A stretch of 64,000 nt of DNA, taken from Paraspadella gotoi. Taxonomy: Eukaryota > Animalia > Chaetognatha. Below, piece after piece: positions 1-12,871 of this stretch. Under the pieces are notes generated by a model, which saw nothing but the letters and a program-made list of their open reading frames with translations, ran no database searches and was not told the DNA's origin. The DNA lies in assembly GCA_051294375.1 (NCBI GenBank), contig CM119263.1, positions 13,408,414 to 13,472,413 on the forward strand, written 5' to 3'. The stretch's first letter is position 1; each line of letters starts with the position of its first letter. The position numbers and the translations under genes were made by a program.

Positions 1-166
1 CTCTCCTTCCTCCCTTTCCTCCCTCTTCTCCTTCTCCTCCCTCTCTCCCTCTCTCGTTAGCGACGAGCCGTTGTGATCTTCACCATTGTTTACGAGGGAC
101 TAATTGCGTCGAAGGCTCGTCGTCCGCGCGGCGGCGTTCCGCTTCGACGCGGCGCCATTTTGAAAT

Positions 167-187
167 CTCGTGACGTCACGTGACGTC
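167..187. promoter_or_regulatory. Overlapping CRE and E-box in a 16-bp palindrome; the same 18-mer recurs at 1234-1251
   Basis: GACGTCACGTGACGTC (172-187) is a perfect palindrome. It overlaps TGACGTCA (171-178) and contains CACGTG. A YY1-like CGCCATTTTG lies at 153-162. Confidence 0.4.
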
Positions 188-1043
188 GACGACGATTCTG
201 AGGACGACGATGACGACGAAGACGATGACGACAACGACGACGAAACGAAAATCCGACGCCATCTTTTGACCTTCGAATGAGATGCGTGGGAGAAGTGGAA
301 AGAATTGAGAGAAAATGGGGAAAAAAGGAAGGAAGGATCGAAAAAGAAAAAGGGGGGGGGATGAATTGAGAGAGAAATACGAAAAATAAAAAGGTGAGAA
401 GAATTAGGAAGAAGGCTGAAAATTTGGAAAATCGAAAATATACCACTACAAACTACAACACGAAACACACTCGATGTACCAGTTTTATGATCGTTACTCA
501 CCGCAAACCCAATTGTCATCTAAATCTTAATTGTCGCCCTCATCGTCATCGACGACATTGTCATCAAGGTCGTTGTCATCGTCGTCGTCCCTCTCGTCGT
601 CGTCGTCCTCCTCCATCGATTAATCCCATTTCGGAATCTTGTTTAGGGAACCTTGTGGAGGGAAAGTTTTATCCTTGGAAACGCCACGTGGAATCGGAGC
701 CGGAAATTGGATCCGACCGACGGAGACGATATCACCTTCGGCGCGCGCGGTTTAAATCCCTCGCGGTTCGTCCACGTACCTCGATTTCAGCTTCTTTTCC
801 GGCGCCATTTTTCTATGCTTCGCGCGCCATTTGGAGGCTCAACGCGCCATTTTCCGGCGAATTTCTTTCTAGACGCTCAATGCGCCCTTTTCGATGCCCC
901 GGCGCAATTTTTTTTAAAAGCAAATTCATAGTTATTTAACGGCTATCACTCTTTACTATTTGCCAGCATTTACTTTCATCATATCGCCATTTATTGACGT
1001 TTTGCTCCCAGTTTCGCTTGGCACACCACCATCAATCCTCCTT

Positions 1044-1100
1044 CATTACGCCAATCATCCAAGTCCATTGCGCCAATCATATAAGTTCATTGCGCCAATC
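1044..1100. repeat. 22-bp tandem repeat (2.6 units), each unit carrying a CCAAT box
   Basis: CATTRCGCCAATC at 1044, 1066 and 1088. Confidence 0.85.
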
Positions 1101-2586
1101 TCCCACGTTCTCTTCGTCATCCCTCCTTTCACAACCGCGCCCTCATTAATTGTTTCTCCCGGAGTCTAACTCTAACAACGACGACGATGACGGCGACGAC
1201 GCCACCGCCCAAATTTGAATTTATTTCCGCGCGCTCGTGACGTCACGTGACCCTGTTTCGCGCGCGCGCCGGTCCACGTGACCCGCTTTACATTTTTCTC
1301 CATTTTCAGCTAAAAGTTGCCAAAGGCAGATTCGAAGCGACGCTAAATGAGGAGACGCGGGGATGAATCGTAATTGGGATAAACAGCTGCACCGGGGAAG
1401 TGGGGGGGAGGTAGGGGGGGGGAGACGACGACGACGGTGACGACGATGAGGGGAACGACGAGAATAGAGACGACCGAGAGGTGTCTGTCGAAAAGCGATG
1501 ATGACGATGGCGACATTTATCATGTCATTCGTTTATTAATGACGATGATTTATAAGTGAAAATTAAAAAGTGTCAAAATCGAAAACAACAAAAAAAAACG
1601 AGAGCGAGGGAGACAGGGACTGCGGTAGGGCTGGATACAGGGAGGGCGACAGGGACAGGGACGTAGAAAGGGACGGCGACAGGGACGGCGACGTCATCGC
1701 TGACGTGAAGAGCGAGGATCGAAAGGACGAGAGGCGAGATGCCAATAACAACCCCGTCTTCCATCGTCTATCGGGTTTTGACGCCGGGAACAATGGGAGC
1801 GGGCAATGGAGGAAAGAAACGATGAGAATGATTTGTATTAGTTAATAATTCATATATTAAAAATACAGACGAGAGAGAGAGAGAGAGAAGAGAGCAGAGA
1901 GAGAGAGAGACGAGAGAGAGAGAGAGACGACGATAGAGAGAGAGGAAGAGAGATTATTTTTATCCGTAATTGCTTTATTTTAAAGGTCCGTTTGATTTTT
2001 ACTGTTTATATCGAGGAGAAAGAGCATTTGATTACGATGCCTGTGACAAGGAAAATGACGGAGCGGATTTAAGGTAGGTAAACCACTGTAGGGGAAATGA
2101 AACGACCAGACTAGTTTTTTTTATTTAACCTAACAACAACTAAAGACAAACAAAAGAATGCAGAAAATTGTTGATTGTATTCAAACTGTAGTAATGAAAA
2201 ATTTTGAAAAATACATGCAAAAAAAAAAAGAAAGAAAAAAGAAAAGAAAACTATTTATGAATGGTCAGAGGATTGAAGTAGAAATCGAAGTAGAAAATGA
2301 AGTAGAAAATGATGGAGCTACAAGTCTCTAGTGAATAGGAGAAAACGAAAAAACAGGTGAGAATGTTAAGGAATGAGGAAGAGGAGAAAAGGAGGCCAGG
2401 AGAAAGAGGAAAAGGTAGAGAGAACTGCGGAGAAAGGACGGAAAGAAATCTGAAAATAATTTGATATAATCAATATTCCACTAAAAAAAAAGACGAATAG
2501 AAACGATAAAGATAGAATAAAGTAGTTAGAGACGTGAGTTAACTGTTCGCCTGATCGAATATTCAATTTACAACAGCCTTTGCATA

Positions 2587-2588
<2 letters not shown>

Positions 2589-2680
<92 letters not shown>
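2589..2680. repeat. (CT)n microsatellite
   Basis: Perfect dinucleotide run; one of dozens of AG/CT tracts in the window. Confidence 0.95.
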
Positions 2681-2685
<5 letters not shown>

Positions 2686-3310
2686 ATTCTCTTCAATTCT
2701 CTTATTCTCGATAATCCTCGATAAAAAAAAAAATCCCAACATTCATTTCCGACATCTCTCTAATCGAGTGTAAAAGAACGGTATACCGACATGAACGATG
2801 ACGGAGACAGACGACGTATGAAATGAGACAATCGCGAAGATGACGATGACACATAACGACGATGACGACGATGATCGACGACCGATGAGATAGACTGAAC
2901 GACGATTCAGATACGATGATGACGACGATAGACGATATCGGACTCGCGAGACTCGCGATACGACGGACGAGTAATGCCGATTATAACCAAGAAAATTCTT
3001 TGGAAATATAGAGGAAATGAACTCAATTGGCAAAAAACCAAAATTACAACACCACAATACAAAACATAATGAAGAATATTTTTAACTAATTTACTTTTTA
3101 CAAATGTACCCGAAGCAGAATGTTACCAAAAAAAAAAGAAAGGGAATCAATAAAATTTCGATTAAAACTTAAACTCCGATACTTTCGTCCTTTTTTCTTC
3201 CCAGTCTCTTCCCCCCCCCCCCCGTCTCCTCGTTTCCTCATTTGTTTCTCTGACGCGGTTGACACTTTTATCGACGCTTGTATTGCTTTACTACGACGCC
3301 GCCATCTAGC

Positions 3311-3336
3311 TTCTTTCTTTCTTTCTTTCTTTCTTT

Positions 3337-3368
<32 letters not shown>

Positions 3369-3369
3369 T

Positions 3370-3400
<31 letters not shown>
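3311..3400. repeat. (TTTC)n microsatellite
   Basis: Read directly; counterpart at about 12786-12870. Confidence 0.95.
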
Positions 3401-5561
3401 CTCTTTTTTCTTGTCTTTCTCTTTTTCTATCCTTTTTTCCTTCTTTCAGTCATTCTTTCTTATTGTTTCTCTCTTCTGCGGGCTTCGCGCGTTTTCGGCG
3501 TCGCGCGCGTTTTTGGTTCTGTGTGCGGAGAAAAAGTGGGAAACTGGGGCACTAAGGGTTTGTCCCTGTCTGGTGGTTGGAGTTTGTTCGATGGAAGCTA
3601 TAATTTGGAGATTTCTGCCATGTTCACGTCATTTGAAGGAGTAAAAGGAAAAAAAAAACACAAAATATTCTTTCTTTAACTTTTTAAGTTTGAATTCTTC
3701 GGCCACATATTTCGTTGCTCGTCTTCGAAGACTTCGTGGTGAAAAGAGGACGTTGGCGAATTTTTTTTTTTTTTTTCGTTTATCCCGATTATCGGCGGTC
3801 TTTTACCTCTTAGCGCCCCGCTCACGAGAACGTCGCAAGACGAGAGGCGACGACGCGCGCGTTGCGTGACGCCGTTTCGATCGGAAGCGTGAGAGAGCCG
3901 ATTGCGGCGTTCATCCGGCGAAATCGGCCGCGGTCGGGGAATGAGGGGCGTACGTGTTATGGGAAAGAGGAGGCTCCGGGAGGGGAGCGTGAGCGGGTGG
4001 GATGTCGGAAGACAGAAAAGGGTACGGTCTCGTGGAATCGTGAGGGTTGTAGTACATAGATTTGCCCCTGAAGAGTGGAGCATTTTTGTGGGTTTTGGGG
4101 CTTCGCTTCGTTAGGTGGATTATATCGAGAATTTTTTTGGAGAAAAGTAGAGGATCAGAAAGCACTTGTTAATAAAGAAAGCGCAAGTCGCTCTTCTTAC
4201 GTGATATTAGGGCAATGGAATACGGGGAAGGGAAAGCGGGTCGTTCGCGAGTTGCCGTTCGAGTTCGGCAGAGCGATATCGGATATGAGTTAATGATCGA
4301 AGCGGGTACAGAGAGGATGGAAAGTCGGAGACAGGGTGGACGAGGGGTGTGAGGATAGTAGCAGATGAGAAGTCTTGGAGAAATGATCGAGGAAACAGGT
4401 TTAAAAAAAAAAAACAAACTATAACGTTTTAAATAAACTTTCCAAAACAGATTGCGTAAATTGATAATAAAATAGTAGATATTAAGCTGGTTTCGAAATC
4501 CGTCAGCGAAGGGTTTTGAAAGTTGAAATAGAAGCTCGAAACCGTTGGGAGAGGGAGAGAGATTTTGGAAACGGAAGGTTGGCGGCAAATGACCTGAATG
4601 CTAAAGGTAGAGAGAGGAGAACCGAGGAGAAATTTCCCAGAATTTCGTTATAAAAAACGTTGGCGTGCGCTTTTGAACCGCGTCGAGTCCGCCGGGGACC
4701 GAGGAGTAATTCCGTTTTCGAAAGGGAATGTTCAATGTTGTCCGGGGAAGGAACCAGTTTGTAAATTTTAAAGGCCCGCTCTTTTTTCCGCAGGATATTT
4801 TTGTTTTATTTGTTGATTAACAGTGTTAGACATTGTTATAGGCTTTCATCGTCTGGTTTTTTTGCACAAAATTATGATTGATTAATCAGTAACAAGTTGT
4901 TATCCAGTTAAAAGTTAAGGATGAGATTACAAGTATTAAACAAGTTGTTAATCAGTTAATTAAGTTCATACTATTTTACAAGGGCTTCGAAGGTTTTTTC
5001 TCTGGTAAGTATGAAGTTAAAAAATTATCTGCAACATAGTAATGTCCCCGGAAGTTCCTTAGTATCAAAAAAAACTTGTGAAAAAGAAGAAAGAAAACTT
5101 CACCGTCACAAACCACCACTTCATCACGGTCATTAAATTCCCTCGTGGAGGTCCAGAGAAACCCAGATTCAAAAATAACCCTAATTTATTCAGATTCCCA
5201 CGAAAAAATGGGGGAAAAACAAACTCTTAGGCAGTGGTCCCGTTCAGAGTGTCAATAGTGTATTTCCGATTCAGAAAAGGAAAAAAAAAAAAAAGAAGGG
5301 GACGAAAGAAGCGCGAGTCCGTAATTTGAATGAAGAAGCGAGTAATTACTCGGAACAATTGTTTTGATTTACTCATGAGAGGCCGCATTATGAATAAACG
5401 AGTATCTGGCGAGCAACCACCCTTGTTTGGGTTAGAGTAGACCGACATGAATATTTCATGTCCCGCGCCGCCGCATAACGAGTCACATCGAAAAAACCCG
5501 CGAGTCGGAGAGAGGGAGGGAGAGAAAGAGAGAGAGGAGAGAGAGAGAGGGGAGAGAGAGA

Positions 5562-5628
<67 letters not shown>

Positions 5629-6609
5629 AGGAAAAAAGGTGAGTGGTGGAGGAAAGGTTGAATGGTGAGGAAAATTCCTGCGCGTGGGGCAACTCGACAA
5701 AGCGGAACCTAAGTGTATTATGTCAATGAGTTAGCCTTATCGTAATTAAACTTCTCTTAATGGAGTCGTCCGAAAACGGTCGGCGAGTTCGAGCGTCTTA
5801 ACGTAATCCTCCTCTCTCTTTATAAGTCTTTCTTTTTTTTCTTTATAAGCAATCGGACTTTCTTTTTTATTTTATCTGTCCCTCTCCTCAGTATTTAATT
5901 TTTTATTTCTCTTTCTCGTGTGCTTTACCTTTTCCATCCGTCTATCTATTCTAATTTGCTTTTCGTTCTTTGCTTTCTTTTTTTCCTCTTCGTTCTTCGC
6001 TGTAAAAAAGTATGAAACGGAGTTTTTTTTATATGAACAGTCGGGATTTACGAGAGTCGTGATTCGCCTTGACAACGCTCGTCCGCCAACCCAGTCTTTC
6101 GCTAGCCGCCTTAAGCTAACGCCCTTGAAAACAAGCGCAGCGCTTTAACAAACGCGTCGCTTGGAGGGCCGAGTTGAAGCGGGTAAAAAATGAATTTTTA
6201 TCTGGAACTAAAATTGAAGCACACAAAAAAGAAACACGGTATAGTAAAGAATAAAGAAATAAGCACGAGTGGACTGCCCAAGCAAAAAAAGAATGATGAC
6301 ATCAACAAATAAGGAACATTCATGCATAACTTTGATCTGCCTTTGGCAAAAAGTGACGAAAACGTTTTAAGTCGACCAACCGACCTCTTTCGCCCTCTCG
6401 TGCCACCGAGAATTTGCATAAAAAACTCGCCCTCGCATCTAAGGCCATCTATCATCGATCCATCATAAACGCAATGAACGACATTTCTTCGACGTCTTCG
6501 AGGTTGAGCGCGCGAATAGGAAGACGCAGCGAGGAGCAGCGACATCAAAGAGGGAGAGAGCAGAGAGAGTAGACCGGAAAAAGCAAAAAAAAAAAGGAGA
6601 AAGAGAGAC

Positions 6610-6665
<56 letters not shown>

Positions 6666-8022
6666 AGAGAGAGAAAGAGAGAGAGGAGAGAAGAGAGAAG
6701 AGAGAGAGAGAGGGAGTCCACGGGAACGAGAGAAATGTTACAAATAACGCCACCGGAGATACGCGTAAAACAGCTGCCCGGTAGAGTCTTCAGACGCAAG
6801 ACAGATCATGCAAATATTTCTGCTCAGAGAAAGAACTAAAGAGAGGTTGATAAAAAACAAGCAGAAATAAAATGAATGATGCGTCGGCAGGAGGATGAGG
6901 GGAGGTAAGGGTGGAAGGTGAGGTGAAAAAGGGGCGGGTGGCGAAGAACGGAAAAGACAGGAGAGAGGAGGAGGAGAAGAGGGAGAGAGGGAGAGAAGGG
7001 GGAGAGAGGAGAGGAGAAGATGAGAAAGATCATGCGAGGCTGAAGAAGAAGAAAAATGAGAGATTGGAATGATATTAAGGACGACTTAGGGAGGAAGTAA
7101 AAGGAACGGGGAAGGTAGGGGAAATTAAAAAAAGAGGAAGAAGAGCGTAAATAGGAGATTTTATCGATCAAAAATGGCGTTCAGAGTAGAGAGAGAGAGA
7201 GTTTCGTTAGAGTTTTTGTCCCAAATAATCTATGACGGCGGTACGCCACTCGAGACGATTTCCCAGTAGGAGCAAGAAGTTAGCGCACGAGGAGAGAGCG
7301 AGAGAGAGAGTAGAGAGAGAAGAGAGAGGAGAGGAGATGCGGATTGCTTTATGGGTGCAAAGGCTTTTGAGGGCAATGAAACTCATAATACTCAATAATC
7401 ATGCCCGAAGGAAGAAAAGAACGGGGGGGGGTGAGAGCGGACTCGCACGAGTGGAGTAGTGGCAGGCGAAGCCAGAGGGCTCGAGAGTGAGAATTGAATC
7501 GAAGACAATCGAGAGTCGAGCATAATGGGGGAGAGATCCTCCCTTTTTTTTTTTACAATCTCCCGAGCGCGGCTGAGAAGAAAGGGAAAAGAAATGAAGG
7601 GAAGAGAGAGGATAGGAAAGAGAGAAAAGAATGAAGGAAAGAGGAATGAAGAAAAGGAAAGGCATGAGGAGACGATGAAAGGTAGAGGAAGGGGAAACGA
7701 AGGAAAAGTGAAAATCAACTGCCCGCCGTTTATAGGTTCTCTTCATCTCCACCTCGAAAAGAAGTCTCTTTCGCTCTCTCTCTATCTCTCTACTCACTCT
7801 CATTCTTTTTCTTTCTCTCACTCTCCCTGGTCGGGTCAAACTCTTCCTCGCCCATCAAGCCTCTTTCATGCTTAAGCGCGATTGTCGTTGTCGCTTTCAA
7901 ATAACTGAAGCGTGATTGGTCGGTTAACGCGCCCTAATCGATAACGCTAGGATGACGTAATGACTGAATTAGTGGCCGAATTCTCTCCCCCATTTTTTTT
8001 CTCTTTCTCTTCTCTTTCTCGT

Positions 8023-8047
8023 NNNNNNNNNNNNNNNNNNNNNNNNN
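8023..8047. other. Assembly gap, 25 N
   Basis: Counted directly. Confidence 1.
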
Positions 8048-8998
8048 ATTTTTATCCGTAATTGCTTTATTAAAGGTTCCGTTTGATTTTACTGTTTATC
8101 GAGGAGAAAGAGCATTGATTACGATGCTGTGACAAGGAAAATGACGGAGCGAATTTTAGGTAGTAAACCACTAGGGGAAATGAACGACCAGACTTTTTTT
8201 TATTTATTTAACCTAACAAAACTAAAGACAAACAAAAGAATGGCAGAAAATTGTTGATTGTATCAAACTGTAGTAATGAAAAATTTGGAAAATACTGCAA
8301 AAAAAAAGAAAGAAAAAGAAAAGAAACTATTTTGAATGAGTCAGAGATGAAGTAGAAATGAAGTAGAAATGAAGTAGAAATGATGGAGCCTACAGTCTCT
8401 AGTGAATAGGAGAAACGAAAAACAGAGTGAGAATGTTAAGGATGAGGAAGAGGAGAAAAGGAGGCAGGAGAAAGAGGAAAGGTAGAGAGAACTGCGGAGG
8501 AAAGGACGGGAAAGAAATCTGAAAATAATGATAATAATCAATATTCACTAAAAAAAGAAACGGATAAGAAACGATAAACGAATAGAATAAAGTAGTAGAG
8601 ACGTGAGTTTAACTTGTTCGCCTGATCGAATTCAATTTACAACAGCCTTGCATTAGACTCTCTCTCTCTCTCTCTCTNNNNNNNNNNCATTTCCGATCCA
8701 ACTCTCGTCTCGACATCGAAAGAGGAAAAGTAAAAGAACGAGATAGATAACGACGATGACGATGACGACGATGACGAATGACGACGATAACGACGATGAC
8801 GTCGACGATAATGACCATTATAACCAAGAAAATTCTTTGGAAAAATAGAGGAAATGAACTCAATTGTAAAAAACCAAATTAGCAACCACAAATACAAAAA
8901 AATAATGAAGAATATTTTTAACTAATATACTTTTTACAAATGTACCGAAGAAATGTTACCAAAAAAAAATGAAAGGGAATCAATAAAATTTCGATAAA
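8048..8998 (+). repeat. Block A, partial third copy (of about 1954-3165)
   Basis: Shares landmarks ATTTTTATCCGTAATTGC, GAAGTAGAAAT repeats and CCAAGAAAATTCTTTGG, with indel differences. Confidence 0.9.
8678..8687. other. Assembly gap, 10 N
   Basis: Counted directly. Confidence 1.
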
Positions 8999-9097
8999 AT
9001 CGCTTCGCTCTCACTCTACCTCCCTCGAGACTCGAACATTCTCTCTTCCATCCTCCTGTCTGACTGTCTCTTCTCCCTTCCCTTCTCCTATACTCTC

Positions 9098-9139
<42 letters not shown>

Positions 9140-9432
9140 CTCTCTCTCTCTCTCTCTCACTCTCTCTCTCTCTCTCTCTTTCCTACAGCGAGCACACGAC
9201 ACTTCTTCCCACTTTCTCCAGGAAGCCTATTTTTCCTTGCTTTCTTTTTCCCACTCTCTCCCCAGGCCTTATATCATTCTCCTCTCCTTCCTCCATTTTC
9301 TTTCTCTTCTCCTTCTCCTCCCTTCTCTCCCTCCCTCCCTCCCTTAATCATTCTCTCTCCTTCCTCCCTTTCTTTCTCTTCTCCTTCTCCTCTTCTTCCT
9401 TCCTCCCTTTCTTTTTCTCTTTCTCCTTCTTC

Positions 9433-12060
9433 CTCTCCTTCTCCCTTTCCTCCCTCTTCTCCTTCTCCTCCCTTCTCTCCCATCCTCGTTAGCGACGAAC
9501 CGTTGTGATTCTTCACCATTGTTTACGAGGGACTTAATTGCGTCGAAGGCTCGTTCGTCCGCGCGGGCGGCGTTCCGCTTCGGACTCGGCGCCATTTTTG
9601 AAATCTCGTACGTCACGTGACGCGACGACGATTTCTGGACGACGATGACGACGAAGACGATGACGACAACGACGACGAACGAAAATCACGACGCCATTTT
9701 TTGACCTTCGAATGAGATGCGTGGGAGAAGTGGAAAGAATTGAGGAAGAAAATGGGAAAAAAAGGAAGGAAGGATTCGAAAAGAAAAAAGGGTGGGGGGG
9801 TATGATTGAGAGAAGAAATACGAAAATAAAAAGTGAGAGAATTAGGAATGAAGGCTGAAATTTGGAAAATCGAAAATTCACTACAAACACAACAACGAAA
9901 ACACACTCGATGTACCAGTTTATTTATGATCGGTTACTCACCGCAAACCCAATTGTCATCTAAATCTTAATTGTCCCTCCTCATCGTCATCGACGAACAT
10001 TGTCATTCAAGGTCGTTGTCATCGTTCGTCGTCCCTCTCGTCGTTCGGTCCGTCCTCCTCCATCCGATTAATTCCCATTTCGGAATCTGTTTAGGGAACC
10101 TTGTGAGAGGGAAATTTTATCCTTGGGAAACGCCACGTGGAATCGGAGCCGGAAAATTGGATCCGACGACGGAGACGATATCACCTTCGGCGCGCGCGGT
10201 TAAAATCCCCTCGCGGTTCGTTCCCACGTTACCTCGATTTCAGCTTCTTTTCTGCCGCCATTTTTCTTATGCTTCGGCGCGCCATTGTGGAGGCTCAACG
10301 CGCCATTTTCCGGCGAATTTTCTTTTTTCTAAAGACGCTCAATGCGCCCTTTTCGATTTGCCCCCGGCGCAATTTTTTTTTAAAAGCAAATAATTAAATT
10401 ATAAACGGTTATTTTACGGCTCATCTACTGTCTATTTCAGTCTTTACTTTTCATCATACTCGCCATATTGACGTTCTTTGATCTCCCAGTTTTGGACTTG
10501 GCACAACCACCATCAATCTCCTCTTATTACGCCAATCATCCAAGTCCATTGCCGCCAATCATATAAGTTCATTGCCCAATCACCCACGTTCTCTTCGTCT
10601 ATCCCTCCTTTCACAACCGCGCCTCATTAATTGTTTCTTCCCGGAGTCTAACTCTAACAACGACGACGATGACGGCGACGACGCCACCGCCCAAATTGAT
10701 TTATTTCCGCGCGCTCGTGAAGTCACGTACCCTGTTTCGCGCGCGCCGCGTTCCACGTTGACCGCTTTACATTTTCTCCATTTTCAGCTAAAGTGCCAAA
10801 GCAGATTCGAAGCGCGCTAAATGAGGAGACGCGGATGAATCGTAATTGGGATAAACAGCTGCACCGGGAAGTGGGGGGAGTAGGGGGGGAGACGACGACG
10901 ACGGTTGACGACCGATTGAGCGGGACGACGAGAATAGAGACGGACCGAGAGTGTCTATGTCGAAAAGCGATGATGACGATGGCGACTTATCAGTCATTCG
11001 TTTATTTAATGACGTATGATTATAAGTGAAAATTAAAAAGTCAAAATCGAAAACAAACAAAAAAAAAAACGAAGCGAGGGAGACAGGGACTGCGATAGGG
11101 CGCGATACAGGGAGGCGACGGGAGAGGGAACGTAGAAAGGGATGCGCGACAGGGCGGCACGTCTATCGCTGACCGTCGAGAGCGAGGATCGAAGGACCGA
11201 GAGGCGAGAGATGCCAATAACACCCTTCTTCCATGTCTATGCGGTTTTGGACGCCGGGAACAATGGGACAGCGGGAATGGAGGAAAGAAACGATGAGAAT
11301 GATTGTATTAGTTAATAATTCATATATTAAAAATACAGACGAGAAGAGAGAGAGAGAAGAGAGCAGAGAGAGAGAGAGACGAGAGAGGAGAAGAGAGAGA
11401 GAAGAGAGGAGAGAGAGAGAGATTATTTTTATCCGTAATTGCTTTTTATTAAAGGTTCCGTTTGATTTTACTGTTTTATCGAGGAGAAAGAGCATTTTGA
11501 TTACGATGCCTGTGACAAGGAAAATACGGAGCGGATTTAAGGTAGTAAACCACTTAGGGAAATGAACGACCAGACTAGTTTTATTTATTTATACCTAACA
11601 AAAACTAAAGACAAACAAAAGAATGCAGAAAATTGTTGATTGTATCAAACTGTTGTAATGAAAAATTTTGAAAAATACATGCAAAAAAAAAAAGAAAGAA
11701 AAAAGAAAAGAAAACTATTTATTGAAATGAGTCAGAGGATGAAGTAGAAATGAAGTAGAAAATGAAGTAGACAATGATGGAGCTACAAGTCTCTAGTGAA
11801 GATGAAACGAAAAACAGATGAGAATGTTAAGATGAGGAAGAGGAGAAAAGGAGGCCAGGAGAAAGAGGAAAAGGTAGAGAGAACTGCCGGAGGAAAGGAC
11901 GGGAAAGAAATCTGAAAATAATGATAATAATCAATATTCACTAAAAAAAGAAACGGAATAAGAAACGATAAAACGATAGAATAAAGTAGTTAGGAGACCG
12001 TGAGTTAACTGTTCGCCTGATCGAATATCAATTTACAACAGCCTTGCATTAGACTCTCTC

Positions 12061-12125
<65 letters not shown>

Positions 12126-12816
12126 TCTCTTCTTCTCTCTCTCTCTTTCTTATTCTCTTCAATTCTCTTATCTCGATAATTCCTCGATAAAAAAAAAATC
12201 CCAACATTCATTTCCGAAAAATCCTACATCGAGGTTAAGAACATAGATAAACCGACATGAACGATGACGAGATGACAGAGACGTGATGAGACGATGAGAC
12301 ATGTGCGGAAAACAAGATGACGTATAACGACGATGACGACGTGATGCGACGACACGATAACGAGTAGACTGATGCGACGATAGATGACGATATGACGACG
12401 ATAGACCGATTGACGGATGACGTGACGAGATCGACTCGCGAATAATGACCGATTATAACCAAGAAAATTCTTTGGAAAATATAGAGGAAATGAACTCATT
12501 GCCAAAAAAACCAAATTACAACACACACAATACAAAAAATAATGAAGAATATTTTTTAACTAATTACTTTTTACAAATGTACCCGAAGAGAAATGTTACC
12601 AAAAAAAAAAGAAAGGGAATCAATAAATTTCGATTAAAAACTTAAACTCCGATACTTTCGTCCTTTTCTTCTCCAGTCTCTTCCCCCCCCCCCCGTCTCC
12701 TCGTCTCCTCATTTTGTTTCTCTGACGCGGTTGACACTTTTTATCGACGCTTGTATTGCTCTTATCTACGACGCCGCCATCTAGCTTCTTTCTTTCTTTC
12801 TTTCTTTCTTTTCTTT

Positions 12817-12871
<55 letters not shown>

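Larger units (their letters stand above)
1..8022 (+). repeat. Block A, copy 1 (about 8 kb, direct duplicate of 9433-17470)
   Basis: Colinear with 9433-17470. From about 5440 onward the copies are near-identical and give the same ORFs; the earlier part differs by many 1-bp indels. Both copies end at CTCTTTCTCGT before a 25-N gap. Confidence 0.95.
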
